DNA from: an uncultured Clostridium sp. | GTDB taxonomy: Bacteria > Bacillota > Clostridia > Clostridiales > Clostridiaceae | Length of the DNA: 64,000 bases | Direction: 5' to 3' | Assembly (NCBI GenBank): GCA_934746785.1 | Contig: CAKVFO010000001.1 | Span: 16,967 to 80,966, forward strand | Shown here: piece by piece, positions 1 to 9,854 of the stretch | Layout: each line of letters starts with the position of its first letter | Numbering within the stretch: the stretch's first letter is position 1 | Program-made: the position numbers and the translations under genes | Notes under the pieces: generated by a model | What the model saw: only the letters and a program-made list of their open reading frames with translations | Databases searched by the model: none | Told to the model about the DNA's origin: nothing

Positions 1-30
1 TTTAAAAATTTTATTAATGGTTAACATATA

Positions 31-66
31 AAAAATCAGCTGCTAAGTTTTAGCTGCTGATTTTTA
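31..66. terminator. Rho-independent terminator hairpin, bidirectional in appearance, ending a gene upstream of the window
   Basis: ATCAGCTGCTAA (35-46) pairs with TTAGCTGCTGAT (50-61), a 12-bp stem with one mismatch. An A-run precedes it and a T-run follows. Confidence 0.6.
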
Positions 67-423
67 AGAATTCTTTATAAGTATGTTGTCTTACCTATTT
101 AAAATAAGCTTATAATTGAATTCTAAATAATGAGTTAAGACATTTAAAAGCAAAAGTTTGATGCAAACAATATTATTATCTTGTAAGATGACAAGAATTA
201 TACGTAAGTATGATTATAGCTTTTAGATAGCTGTGTTAGGAAAGCTACTATAGTTTATTGAAAAAGTACATTTTACAAGTATAAAATGTTTGCAAAATTT
301 AAAGAACACCTCCTTCTTTTATATATGTTTTTGCAAGTACAGTATATAAAAGAAAACTTAAATAAAGCTTAAATATATTAGGTAGTCTTTTTATACTGAA
401 TAGTAAATTATGAGGTGATGAAT

Positions 424-968
424 ATGAGGATTTTAATTGTAGAAGATGAGGTTCAATTATCATAGGCTCTAGGTGTGATTTTAGAAAAGAGAGGATAGGG
501 ACTCCTATAATATTACTTACTGCTAAAGGAGATATATCTGATAAAGTGCAGGGGTTAGATTGCGGGGCGGATGATTATTTAGCAAAGCCTTTTTATACTG
601 AAGAACTTTTAGCAATGATAAGGGCTCTCAGCAGGAGAAAAGGAGAAGTTATTAGTAATAATTCATTGATATATGAAGACATAAGTTTAAATATATATAA
701 TTTGGAATTAAGTTCTGCTAATAAGAGTATAAAACTTACTGCTAAGGAGAGTGGACTTTTGGAACTTCTAATTAATAGAAGAGGTATTATTACGAGTAAG
801 GATGATATTATCAATAAATTATTGGGATATGAATCAGAGGCAGAGCATAATAATGTTGAGGTTTATGTATCTTTTATAAGAAGAAAACTTACTCATTTAA
901 AGTCAAAAGTTATAATAAAAGCGGTGAGAAACGTTGGATATATTCTAGAATATAAGGATGGAATATGA
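424..968 (+). pseudogene. OmpR-family response regulator, disrupted by a premature stop and an internal deletion of the receiver core
   Basis: ATG at 424 opens MRILIVEDEVQLS and then hits TAG at 463-465. LEKRG follows, then a second stop. Reading resumes in another frame at 501 with TPIILLTAKGDISDKVQGLDCGADDYLAKPF. About 45 codons are missing, including the phospho-acceptor Asp segment. The winged-helix output domain is intact in ORF 546..968. Confidence 0.8.
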
Positions 969-1902
969 TATAAAGGAATCTAAAGTACTATATAGAAGTG
1001 AAAATAACATGGATGATAGCGATATAAATAATGTAATAGGTGAAGTATTAAATAATAAAAAAGATAAGGGTTTTATAGAAAGTAATGATTATAATTTAGC
1101 TTATGTATATAGGGTTATTCCTATAGGAGTAGAAATAGCATTGAGAGATAACACTATATATCAAAAGACTATGAGAAAGCTTGTAATTTCTTCGATAGTT
1201 ATAGGAGCTTTTAGTATATTTTTAGCTTATTTAATTTCTTTATATATTGCTAATAAGGCTGTAAAACCAGTTGAAGAGGCTTATAATTCCCAAAAGAGAT
1301 TTATTGCAGATGCTTCGCATGAATTAAAAACTCCTTTGGCTGTTGTTAAAACAAATTTAGAGATATTAAAAGCAAATAGATATGAAAGTGTTGAGAGTCA
1401 AGAAAAGTGGATTGAATATATTTCATTTCAGACAGATAGAATGTCGAAACTTGTTAATGATTTGTTGTATTTAGCTAAAGCAGATAATAATGAAGTTTTA
1501 GGTGAAAAGTCAGAATTTAATATAAGTGATGTTATAATGAATCAATTATTAAGTTTTGAAGCTATAGTTTATGAGAATAGTCTTAGTTTAGATTATGATA
1601 TTCAAGATGAGATTAAGTTTTTTGGAAATAGAGAAGGTGTTAATCAAGTTGTAGGAATATTACTTGATAATGCAATTAAGCATTCTTATAAAAATAAAGA
1701 TATTATTGCGAAGTTGGTTGAGAATAAAGGAGTCATTACTTTTTCCGTTACTAATTATGGCGATACAATATCTAAGGAAGATTTGGATAGAATCTTCGAT
1801 CGTTTTTATAGGATTGATAAATCGAGATCTAGAGAAAAGGGAGGTCATGGATTAGGGCTATCTATAGCTAAAACAATAGTTGAAAAGGAAGGCGGGAATT
1901 AG
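958..1902 (+). CDS. Sensor histidine kinase (HisKA + HATPase_c), apparently truncated at both ends and possibly a pseudogene
   Basis: H-box FIADASHELKTPL, an N-box LLDNAIKHS and G-box GHGLGLSIAKTIV are present. Only one TM segment (LVISSIVIGAFSIFLAYLISLYIA) is present, with no TM1. The ORF stops right after the G2 box (..EKEGGN*), so the last ~25 aa of a normal ATPase domain are missing. Its partner regulator is dead. Confidence 0.6.
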   Translation: MEYDIKESKVLYRSENNMDDSDINNVIGEVLNNKKDKGFIESNDYNLAYVYRVIPIGVEIALRDNTIYQKTMRKLVISSIVIGAFSIFLAYLISLYIANKAVKPVEEAYNSQKRFIADASHELKTPLAVVKTNLEILKANRYESVESQEKWIEYISFQTDRMSKLVNDLLYLAKADNNEVLGEKSEFNISDVIMNQLLSFEAIVYENSLSLDYDIQDEIKFFGNREGVNQVVGILLDNAIKHSYKNKDIIAKLVENKGVITFSVTNYGDTISKEDLDRIFDRFYRIDKSRSREKGGHGLGLSIAKTIVEKEGGN

Positions 1903-2028
1903 GCATTTTATATAGTTTTATGTTTTTATAAGTATACATAATAAACAAAAAATAGTTATATAATTAAAAAGTGGGATATACTTTAAAAAATGTGGTATTA
2001 TGAGAATGTGTGTGAGGTGATATTTTAA

Positions 2029-4014
2029 ATGGTAAAAAAGGAAGAAAGTCGGAGAATAACAATAAAAAAGAAAATCTTATTTATTACTATGACATTGGTA
2101 GTATGTTCAATCTTTCTTTTATCGGCGGTATCAGTATATGGATTTATTAATAATGCTAAGACAAACTTTACTGAGAAGTCAGACGCAATTAATAATTATA
2201 TCAATGTATTGATAAACTCTAAATTTGATAGTATTGAAAGTACTATAAATAATTATGCATCAAATTTGAGTTTAAATAATTCCATTGAATTAAATAAGCA
2301 GCTAGAATCTATAAAAGAAAGTATAACAGAGGTTACAAGTGTGTATTATTGTAGTACAGATGATAAGAAAGTAGAGATATACCCATATTCAGATATATCA
2401 AATATAGATGTAACCAAAAGAGAGTGGTATATTAATGCAAAGGGAGCTAATGGTAAGTTCTGTATAACAGATGTATATTCTGATTCCTTGACAGGAGATT
2501 CTATCATAACATTTTCTAAAGCGATTATAGACAATGGAAAGTTGAAAGGAATATTAGCAGTAGATTATAATTTAAAACATTTAGCTTCAAGTATATCTAA
2601 GATAAGATTTGGAGAACAAGGATCTATTATTTTAGTAGATAAAAAAGGAACAATAATCACAGGTGAAGAGAAGAGTGCAAATATAGATAAGGGATTTATA
2701 GGTGAAGAATTATTTAATAAAGTTAATGAGGGTAATTCTGGAGAGATATCTTTAGGTGCAGATGAATATAAGGTGTCATATTACAATGTAGAAGGAATTG
2801 ATTGGAAAATTATATTAGAAATGTCTCATAGTGAGTTTAATTATGCAAGGAATAAATTTTTAATAGGTATGATTATCGTAGCAATTATGGCATTAATAGC
2901 ATCTATTATAGATTCACTATTATTTTCAAGCAAGATGACTAAAAAATTGAATGCAATTAATGAAGGTATATTTAGAAGTAGTAAAGGGGATTTTAGTCAG
3001 GAAGTTAATATTAAATCAAATGATGAACTAGATGAAATGGTTAAAAACTTTAATAGTATGCAAAAAAATATATCTAAGTTAATATCTGTGACAGATACTT
3101 CAGTAAAGAATGTAGATAAGTCATCTGTAACATTAGCTGATATGAGTGAGGAAGTATCAAAGGCTATGAGTAATGTTTCTACTACAATTACTGAGATATC
3201 AAAGGGAAGTATGGAATCTGCTCAGAGTTTAGAGACTTTATTAGCAGGTTTAGATAGTGTATCAAATCAAATTAATAATATTGATAATTTGAGTAATTCT
3301 ATAGAACATTTAGCTAGTGAAACTAGAGATTTAAGTAGTAATGGTTTAGGTTTAATTAATACTGTTATGGTTAAATCAAATGACACAAAGAGGAGCACTT
3401 TACAAGTAAGTGAAGTTGTTTTAAAGGTTAGAGAAAGTGTTGAAAATATAGCTATTTTAAATGAAACTATATCTAATATAACTGAACAAACAAATTTATT
3501 GGCTTTAAATGCTGCTATAGAAGCTGCTAGAGCAGGGGAATCTGGAAAGGGCTTTGCCGTTGTAGCAGAAGAAATAAGAGAACTTGCAGAACAGACATCA
3601 GTATCTGCAAAGAATATTGATGAGGTTATTAAAAATATTGTTAGTACTGTTAATGTTGCTGTTGATAATGTTGAAAAAACTAATGGAATTGTGGAAACTC
3701 AACAAGAAGTTGTTCAAGATGCTAAGGTTATTTTTGACAATATAAGTAATCAGATTAATATACTTACAGATAATTTGAAGGAGATAACTAATAACATAAG
3801 AATTGTTAATAAGAATAAGAATGATATTGTTAATGAGGCTGAAACTATTTCTTCAATTGTAGAAGAAACAGCAGCAGGTACTCAGGAAGTTAATGCAACT
3901 GCTGAGGAAGTTACAGCTTCTACAGAAGAGGTTGTAAGCCATGCTGATAGGCTTAAACAGTTAAGTGGTATTTTAAATAAAGAAATAGATAAGTTTAAAT
4001 TGAAAGAAGTTTAA
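2029..4014 (+). CDS. Methyl-accepting chemotaxis protein (N-terminal TM, Cache-like sensor, HAMP, MCP signalling domain)
   Basis: 661-aa ORF with the conserved signalling hairpin [38 protein letters not shown]. It has two TM segments around a ~250-aa periplasmic domain, and a HAMP-like segment after TM2. Confidence 0.9.
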   Translation: MVKKEESRRITIKKKILFITMTLVVCSIFLLSAVSVYGFINNAKTNFTEKSDAINNYINVLINSKFDSIESTINNYASNLSLNNSIELNKQLESIKESITEVTSVYYCSTDDKKVEIYPYSDISNIDVTKREWYINAKGANGKFCITDVYSDSLTGDSIITFSKAIIDNGKLKGILAVDYNLKHLASSISKIRFGEQGSIILVDKKGTIITGEEKSANIDKGFIGEELFNKVNEGNSGEISLGADEYKVSYYNVEGIDWKIILEMSHSEFNYARNKFLIGMIIVAIMALIASIIDSLLFSSKMTKKLNAINEGIFRSSKGDFSQEVNIKSNDELDEMVKNFNSMQKNISKLISVTDTSVKNVDKSSVTLADMSEEVSKAMSNVSTTITEISKGSMESAQSLETLLAGLDSVSNQINNIDNLSNSIEHLASETRDLSSNGLGLINTVMVKSNDTKRSTLQVSEVVLKVRESVENIAILNETISNITEQTNLLALNAAIEAARAGESGKGFAVVAEEIRELAEQTSVSAKNIDEVIKNIVSTVNVAVDNVEKTNGIVETQQEVVQDAKVIFDNISNQINILTDNLKEITNNIRIVNKNKNDIVNEAETISSIVEETAAGTQEVNATAEEVTASTEEVVSHADRLKQLSGILNKEIDKFKLKEV

Positions 4015-4024
4015 TACTTTGCAA

Positions 4025-4060
4025 AAATCAGGTTGATTTAAATGAACCTGATTTTTTTTT
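4025..4060 (+). terminator. Rho-independent terminator of the chemoreceptor gene
   Basis: AAATCAGGTT (4025-4034) pairs with AACCTGATTT (4045-4054), followed by a T-run to 4060. Confidence 0.7.
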
Positions 4061-4215
4061 AATATATAGAAAGTTATTTTGTTTTTAGAATCTTTTAACA
4101 AAGCTAATTTGTTTTTGTATCTAATTAATAAAAAATTAATAAAGGAAAGGGCATTTTATGCTTTAATAAGTTTAGGCTATAATAATTTTATAAAACCTTA
4201 AGGGGGTAAATTAAT

Positions 4216-4899
4216 ATGTATAATGTTTTAGTGGTTGATGATGAAAAAGAAATCAGAGATGCCATAGAGATATATTTACGAGGAGAAAACATAAATGTGA
4301 TTAAAGCAGAGGATGGTCTTGAAGCTTTAGATATATTAGGCAGTAAACAAGTGCACTTAATTATATTAGATATTATGATGCCTAAACTTGATGGAATAAA
4401 AACTTGCATGAAAATAAGAGAAGATAATAATATTCCTATAATCATGCTATCTGCTAAAGGAGAAGACTCAGATAAGATTTTGGGACTTAATGTAGGTGCA
4501 GATGATTATATAGCAAAACCTTTTAATCATTTAGAACTTGTAGCAAGAGTAAAATCTCAGCTTAGAAGATATGAAAAGCCTTTAAATGTTGAAGATAAGG
4601 GTGTTGTTAAAGTAAGAGATTTAGAAATAGATACTCTTGCTAAAAAGATAACTGTAAGAGGTGAAGAAGTTAGGGTTACAGCTACTGAGTATAAGATTCT
4701 TTATTTACTTGCTTCTAACTTAGGACGTATTTTTTCTATAAAAGAAATATATGAAAAGGTGTGGGAAGAACCTTTCTATAAGAGTGAAAATACAGTAACA
4801 GTTCATATTAGACGAATAAGAGAAAAAATTGAACTAAATACTAAAGAGCCAGAATACATTAAGGTGGTGTGGGGTATTGGATATAAGATTGAGAAGTAA
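4216..4899 (+). CDS. OmpR/PhoB-family response regulator
   Basis: Receiver motifs VLVVDDE, LIILDIMMPKLDG and MLSAKGE are present, plus a winged-helix C-terminus ending VVWGIGYKIEK. An RBS GGGGG lies upstream. Confidence 0.9.
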   Translation: MYNVLVVDDEKEIRDAIEIYLRGENINVIKAEDGLEALDILGSKQVHLIILDIMMPKLDGIKTCMKIREDNNIPIIMLSAKGEDSDKILGLNVGADDYIAKPFNHLELVARVKSQLRRYEKPLNVEDKGVVKVRDLEIDTLAKKITVRGEEVRVTATEYKILYLLASNLGRIFSIKEIYEKVWEEPFYKSENTVTVHIRRIREKIELNTKEPEYIKVVWGIGYKIEK

Positions 4900-6694
4900 G
4901 ATTAGGAATTATCTTACCAACGTCTGGCTTATTGAAATAATAATATTAGCATTTATAGTTGGATATTTTGGAGTCGAAATTATTAAAAGTGTATCGTCAA
5001 ATTCGTATTCTAGAGTTATTTCAGCAGTGGAAGCTACATTAAATCCTAAAGATTATTATGAGGATTCTTTAGTAAATGATTCATATAATCTTATGAAGAT
5101 GATTTATACAGAGACTAATTCACTTCAAATTTTAGAGTATGGTGATGATAATGTAAGAACTATATTCAAAAAGAATTTTTTATATAAAACTTATGAAAAA
5201 CAAGGTTATTCGGTGAAGAATAACATTTTCTTTCTAATTAGAAATAGGGAGACTAATGATGTTTTTACCAATGATCCTAATCAGTATTTTCAGTTAAATA
5301 ATGTGGAGTATTCTAAAGAGGATATATTATCTTATTTCAATGAAAAGTATAATGGGAAAGAATTATATGTTTATTATGATAATAACGTAAGTTTTAATAC
5401 ACTTATTTCTAAGGAAGAGGTGGTTGCTGATAAAGATATAATTTCAAATTATGAAGAATATTATTATACATCTTTAGATAACTATGAGAATCCTTTAGAT
5501 AGAAAAATATTAAAGTTTTTAGTAATTCTAGTATTAATTGCAGCTTTGTTTGTAACTAAGTTAATTATATTTTTTACTAAAAGAGAAAAAGGAAAGTCAA
5601 TAAAGGGGAACTTCATTGTAAGTATAGTTTACATATTAAAATATGGATTTTCTTATAAACAGACTAGAAGAACTCTTATTGTAACAATTATATGTTCTGT
5701 TTTATTTTTTATTGTGTATTTATATTTATTAGCAATTGGAGGATATGAGAGTAATCTATTAGTAACTTTCTTTAGATTATATCCTTTTAAAGGCAGTATT
5801 TTGTTAATGACTTTGCCTACTATAGGAATTATGTATTCTATTAAGAAAACTATTGAAATATCTAGAGTTAATGATAGCCTTGAAAAGATTAATAATGGAA
5901 ATCTTGATTATCATATTGTTGAACAGGGAGGCCCTGAAATATTAGAACTTATAAATAATATTAATATGATACAAAGAGGATATGAAATTGCTGTTGAGGA
6001 TACTCTTAAAAATGAGAAGATTAAAACAGAACTTATATCTAATGTTTCTCATGACTTAAGAACTCCATTAACTTCAATAATTAATTATGTTAATATATTA
6101 AAATCTCCAGATTTAACTGATGAGGAGAGAAATGATTATTTAAAGATTGTTGAACAAAAATCTAAGAAGCTAAAGGTGCTAATAGATGATTTGTTTGAAA
6201 TGTCTAAGATTAATAGTGGTAAGATTGAGTTAGTTAAGGATAGAATTGATATTTTAGCATTGATTCATCAAGTTGTAGGTGAGTATGTTTATCTTTATGA
6301 AGATAAGAATATAGAGTTTAAAGTAGAGAGTGATTCAGAAGAAATATATATGAACTTAGATGGGAAGATGATGTCTAGAGTTATTGAAAATATAGTTATT
6401 AATGCTCTTAAGTATTCTCTTGAAAATACTAGAGTTTATATAGAAGTTATAGAAGATGACAATAGTGTAGAAATATCATGTAAGAACATTGCAAATTATG
6501 AGATGAATTTTGATAATACAGAAATCTTTGAGAGATTTGCAAGAGGGGATAAGTCAAGAAATTCTAAGGTTGAAGGATCGGGGCTTGGCCTTGCAATTAC
6601 TAAGAGTATTATTGAACTTCATGGTGGAAGTATTAATATATTAAGAGAAGGAGATATGTTTAAGATATTTATTCATATTCCAAAGGAAGATTAA
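4877..6694 (+). CDS. Sensor histidine kinase with a large N-terminal extracytoplasmic domain
   Basis: H-box ELISNVSHDLRTPLTSIINY, N-box and G-box (GSGLGLAITKSIIELHGG) are present. The TTG start overlaps the regulator stop, consistent with translational coupling. The exact start is uncertain. Confidence 0.85.
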   Translation: MDIRLRSKIRNYLTNVWLIEIIILAFIVGYFGVEIIKSVSSNSYSRVISAVEATLNPKDYYEDSLVNDSYNLMKMIYTETNSLQILEYGDDNVRTIFKKNFLYKTYEKQGYSVKNNIFFLIRNRETNDVFTNDPNQYFQLNNVEYSKEDILSYFNEKYNGKELYVYYDNNVSFNTLISKEEVVADKDIISNYEEYYYTSLDNYENPLDRKILKFLVILVLIAALFVTKLIIFFTKREKGKSIKGNFIVSIVYILKYGFSYKQTRRTLIVTIICSVLFFIVYLYLLAIGGYESNLLVTFFRLYPFKGSILLMTLPTIGIMYSIKKTIEISRVNDSLEKINNGNLDYHIVEQGGPEILELINNINMIQRGYEIAVEDTLKNEKIKTELISNVSHDLRTPLTSIINYVNILKSPDLTDEERNDYLKIVEQKSKKLKVLIDDLFEMSKINSGKIELVKDRIDILALIHQVVGEYVYLYEDKNIEFKVESDSEEIYMNLDGKMMSRVIENIVINALKYSLENTRVYIEVIEDDNSVEISCKNIANYEMNFDNTEIFERFARGDKSRNSKVEGSGLGLAITKSIIELHGGSINILREGDMFKIFIHIPKED

Positions 6695-6741
6695 TTTAAG
6701 TAAGCTGTGTATAGTTTTTTTGCTGTATGCAGCTTATTTTT

Positions 6742-6763
6742 TTCTTTCGAAATTCTTTCGAAT
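6742..6763 (+). promoter_or_regulatory. Tandem 11-bp direct repeat, a candidate OmpR-family response-regulator binding site upstream of the second two-component operon
   Basis: TTCTTTCGAAA (6742-6752) is followed directly by TTCTTTCGAAT (6753-6763). The repeat ends 14 nt upstream of a TATAAT-like hexamer at 6777-6782. Confidence 0.4.
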
Positions 6764-6870
6764 TTTATACAAGAATTTATAATTTTTCTCAGATATACTA
6801 AATTTATAGGGTTTATTAATATCTATGTTAAAATTAAGTGATAACAAGGGGGAAGGAATGAGAGTTTAAA

Positions 6871-7569
6871 GTGAAGCAATACAATGTTTTAGTAGTAGAT
6901 GATGATAAGGAAATTACAGAAGCTATAGAAATTTACTTAACAAATGAAGGATATAATGTATTTAAAGCTAATGATGGAATTGAGGCTCTTGAAATTATAA
7001 AGAATAATGAAGTTCATTTAGTTCTTCTTGATATAATGATGCCTAAGATGGATGGAACAAGAGTTACGGTTAAGATAAGAGAAGAATTAGAAATACCTAT
7101 AATAATGCTTTCTGCAAGGTCTGAAGATACTGATAAAGTTATGGGATTAAATTTAGGGGCAGATGACTATATAACAAAGCCTTTTAATCCATTAGAACTT
7201 ATAGCAAGGGTTAATTCTCAGATAAGAAGGTATACTAGATTTTCTAATTTTAAGAAGAAGGAAGATGAAATTGTTATTGGCACTTTAGTGTTAGATAAAG
7301 CTGCTAAAAAAGTATCTGTTGATGGGGAAGAGGTTAAGCTTACTCCAATAGAACTTAAGATACTTACTCTTTTTATGGAGAATGAAGGCAGGGTTTTTTC
7401 TATTGAGGAAATTTATGAAAGAGTATGGAATGAGCCAGCTTATAATGTTGATACTGTAGCGGTTCATGTGAGACACATAAGAGAAAAGATAGAGATAAAT
7501 CCTAAGGAACCAAGATATTTGAAGGTGGTGTGGGGAATTGGATATAAAGTTGAAGGGGAAAAAAAGTAA
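6871..7569 (+). CDS. OmpR/PhoB-family response regulator, paralogue of 4216..4899
   Basis: GTG start after a GGGGGAAGGA RBS. Motifs VLVVDDD, LVLLDIMMPKMDG and MLSARSE are present, and the C-terminus ends VVWGIGYKVEGEKK. Confidence 0.9.
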   Translation: MKQYNVLVVDDDKEITEAIEIYLTNEGYNVFKANDGIEALEIIKNNEVHLVLLDIMMPKMDGTRVTVKIREELEIPIIMLSARSEDTDKVMGLNLGADDYITKPFNPLELIARVNSQIRRYTRFSNFKKKEDEIVIGTLVLDKAAKKVSVDGEEVKLTPIELKILTLFMENEGRVFSIEEIYERVWNEPAYNVDTVAVHVRHIREKIEINPKEPRYLKVVWGIGYKVEGEKK

Positions 7570-9595
7570 ATTAAGTTTAATAGTATTTTTGCTATCAGCA
7601 TGTATAGCACTTGCTATTTGTTCTTGGATAACACTAAGGACTGCACAAATAGACATTGAAAGAAGTGCAGTTAATATGGATGAGTATTTTGAAAGTGTAT
7701 ATCAAGATGTTAACAATTTAATGGTATATACAGATGGATTTAATGGGGGATTAAGAAAAGATTCTATAGATTATGAAGTTAATAGATTAAAAAATGATGG
7801 TGGAATATATGATGGAGAAAAACGAAAAGAAGTTAGTGATAAAGAATTAGAGCAATATGTAATTAATAACTTTAATAGTTATGTACATGATGTATTAGTT
7901 AATATAAATCTTCGAAAAAATATTGAATTTTATTTTGATATAGATGAAGGAAGAAATTCATTTACTAATGTGGATGGTATATCAAAAGATGACTTTGAAA
8001 AAGATACTTTAGATAATTATAAAAAGTATATTATTATAAGGGCTGATGGAAAGCTTGAAACATCAGAAGGAATGAAGCAATTAGCTGATCATTTAGAATA
8101 CTCCTTTGATAAAAATTATAACGGTGATGTAATTCTAAGATTAGCACAGCCTTTGAAAGAAGGGGATTTAGTATATGAAAGAATAATGCTTGATAAAAAG
8201 AATGTTTCTATGAAATATACTTCAATAGTAATATTTATATTTAGCTGTATAGGAATTTTATATTCTGCTATTAAGTTAAAGAAAAATAACCTTAAGTTTG
8301 ATACAGAAAGAGGGCTTTTAAAGTTATTAGGAAAAATAGATATAGAAGCAAAATTATTAGCATTGGGTTTATCATATATCTATAAGATGAAGATAAAAAG
8401 AGGTGGTATAGAATATTCAATGTTCGAGAATTTAATATCAGTTATTGTTCTATTGCTTATTATATTTTTTGTGGTATTGGATTTTTATAGAATAAAATCA
8501 GTGTATAGTGGTTTTAAGTTAAGAACTATTATTTCAAGAGAGTCATTAATTAACAAGTTAAGAGTAATATTGGTGAGAGCTGGAATGGTTTTAAATCTAT
8601 TATTTATACTAGCAAATATAACTGTATGGTATGTGTCATTATTTATCTTTGTAGTATTGGCAAGAGATTTGAGTTGGGGGCTTTGTTATTCTCCAGCTGA
8701 TGCGATATTTGCAACATTTGCTACTATGTTATTTGATGAAGTAATAATAAGAAAGTTAAATCCAATAAATGATATAGTTAAGGGAATTAAAGAAATTTCT
8801 AAAGGAAATTATAATTTTAATGTTGATATAAAGGGCGCTAAGATTTTTAGGGACGTAGCAAAAGACTTAGATAATATACAAAGTGGACTAAAGGAATCAG
8901 TTGACAAAGCTGTTAAGAGTGAAAGAATGAAATCAGAACTTATAACTAATGTTTCTCATGATTTAAAGACTCCTTTAACATCAATAATTAACTATGTTGA
9001 TTTACTTAATCAAAAAAATATTACAGAAGAGCAGAGAAAGAAATATTTAGGTATTTTAAAGGACAAATCTAATAGATTAAAAGCTTTAATTGAGGATTTA
9101 TTTGAAGTATCAAAAGCTTCATCAGGTAGTATGAAACTTGATATGCAGGACTTAGATCCAGTTGCTTTATTAAGACAGACCTTAGGAGAGTTTGAAGATA
9201 AAATAGAAAGTTCTAATTTAAAGATTATAAAGAAGTTTCCAGAAGAAAAACTTGTGATTTATGCTGATGGAAGAAAGACTTTTAGAGTATTTCAAAATCT
9301 TTTATCTAATATATTTAAATATTCAATGGAAAGATCGAGAGTTTATATTGAAGTAAGTGATGCAGAGCAGTATGTTGAGGTAGTATTTAAAAATACTTCA
9401 AAAGAAGAGCTAGACTTTACAGAAGAAGAGATTCTTCAAAGATTTAAAAGGGGAGATATATCAAGAACTACGGAAGGATCAGGGCTTGGACTAGCTATAG
9501 CAAAGAGTCTTACGGAAGTTCAACAAGGTATATTTAATCTTAAGCTTGATGGAGATCTATTTAAAGTTACAGTTAAATTGAATAAAGTAAAATAA
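7538..9595 (+). CDS. Sensor histidine kinase with a large extracytoplasmic domain and a multi-TM region, paralogous in its kinase core to 4877..6694
   Basis: H-box ELITNVSHDLKTPLTSIINY and G-box GSGLGLAIAKSL are present. The TTG start overlaps the regulator stop in the same way as in the upstream pair. Confidence 0.85.
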   Translation: MDIKLKGKKSKLSLIVFLLSACIALAICSWITLRTAQIDIERSAVNMDEYFESVYQDVNNLMVYTDGFNGGLRKDSIDYEVNRLKNDGGIYDGEKRKEVSDKELEQYVINNFNSYVHDVLVNINLRKNIEFYFDIDEGRNSFTNVDGISKDDFEKDTLDNYKKYIIIRADGKLETSEGMKQLADHLEYSFDKNYNGDVILRLAQPLKEGDLVYERIMLDKKNVSMKYTSIVIFIFSCIGILYSAIKLKKNNLKFDTERGLLKLLGKIDIEAKLLALGLSYIYKMKIKRGGIEYSMFENLISVIVLLLIIFFVVLDFYRIKSVYSGFKLRTIISRESLINKLRVILVRAGMVLNLLFILANITVWYVSLFIFVVLARDLSWGLCYSPADAIFATFATMLFDEVIIRKLNPINDIVKGIKEISKGNYNFNVDIKGAKIFRDVAKDLDNIQSGLKESVDKAVKSERMKSELITNVSHDLKTPLTSIINYVDLLNQKNITEEQRKKYLGILKDKSNRLKALIEDLFEVSKASSGSMKLDMQDLDPVALLRQTLGEFEDKIESSNLKIIKKFPEEKLVIYADGRKTFRVFQNLLSNIFKYSMERSRVYIEVSDAEQYVEVVFKNTSKEELDFTEEEILQRFKRGDISRTTEGSGLGLAIAKSLTEVQQGIFNLKLDGDLFKVTVKLNKVK

Positions 9596-9600
9596 ATTTA

Positions 9601-9650
9601 AGCTATACAAAAGTAGGGTATAAGATTACTTTTGTATAGCTTTTCTTTTT
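9601..9650 (+). terminator. Rho-independent terminator
   Basis: AGCTATACAAAAGTA (9601-9615) pairs with TACTTTTGTATAGCT (9627-9641), followed by a T-rich tail. Confidence 0.7.
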
Positions 9651-9758
9651 GAAAAGGAAATATTTATTAACAATTATTATCCATATAGATAAAAAGAGAA
9701 AAAGGAAGAATACTAATAGTAGTTTAATTTATTTAATTTTAAATAGAAATTATAGATT

Positions 9759-9801
9759 TTACATATATAATCCATCCAAATATAATTACTATATATTGTA
9801 C
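9759..9801 (+). promoter_or_regulatory. Possible pair of NrdR-box-like AT-rich palindromes upstream of the ribonucleotide reductase operon
   Basis: TTACATATATAATCCA (9759-9774) and TTACTATATATTGTAC (9786-9801) resemble the NrdR box consensus acaCwAtATaTwGtgt. Centre-to-centre spacing is 27 bp, not the usual ~31-32 bp. Confidence 0.3.
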
Positions 9802-9854
9802 GATTGTGCGGATGAGTAAAGTGTGTATACAAGATGTTGTGGAGGGAAAAGGAA

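Noticed and set aside
255-315. GGAGGTG on the - strand (reverse complement of 303-309), followed by a possible 15-codon TTG-initiated ORF.
   Set aside because: The spacing to the only start codon is long (11 nt), the peptide is tiny with no features, and the region is next to a decayed operon. It is probably a relic RBS.
9741-9759. A 19-nt identity, AAATAGAAATTATAGATTT, shared with 55573..55591.
   Set aside because: In DNA this AT-rich, my rough estimate is that about ten or more chance 19-mer matches are expected among all position pairs in 64 kb. The identity does not extend into the flanks.
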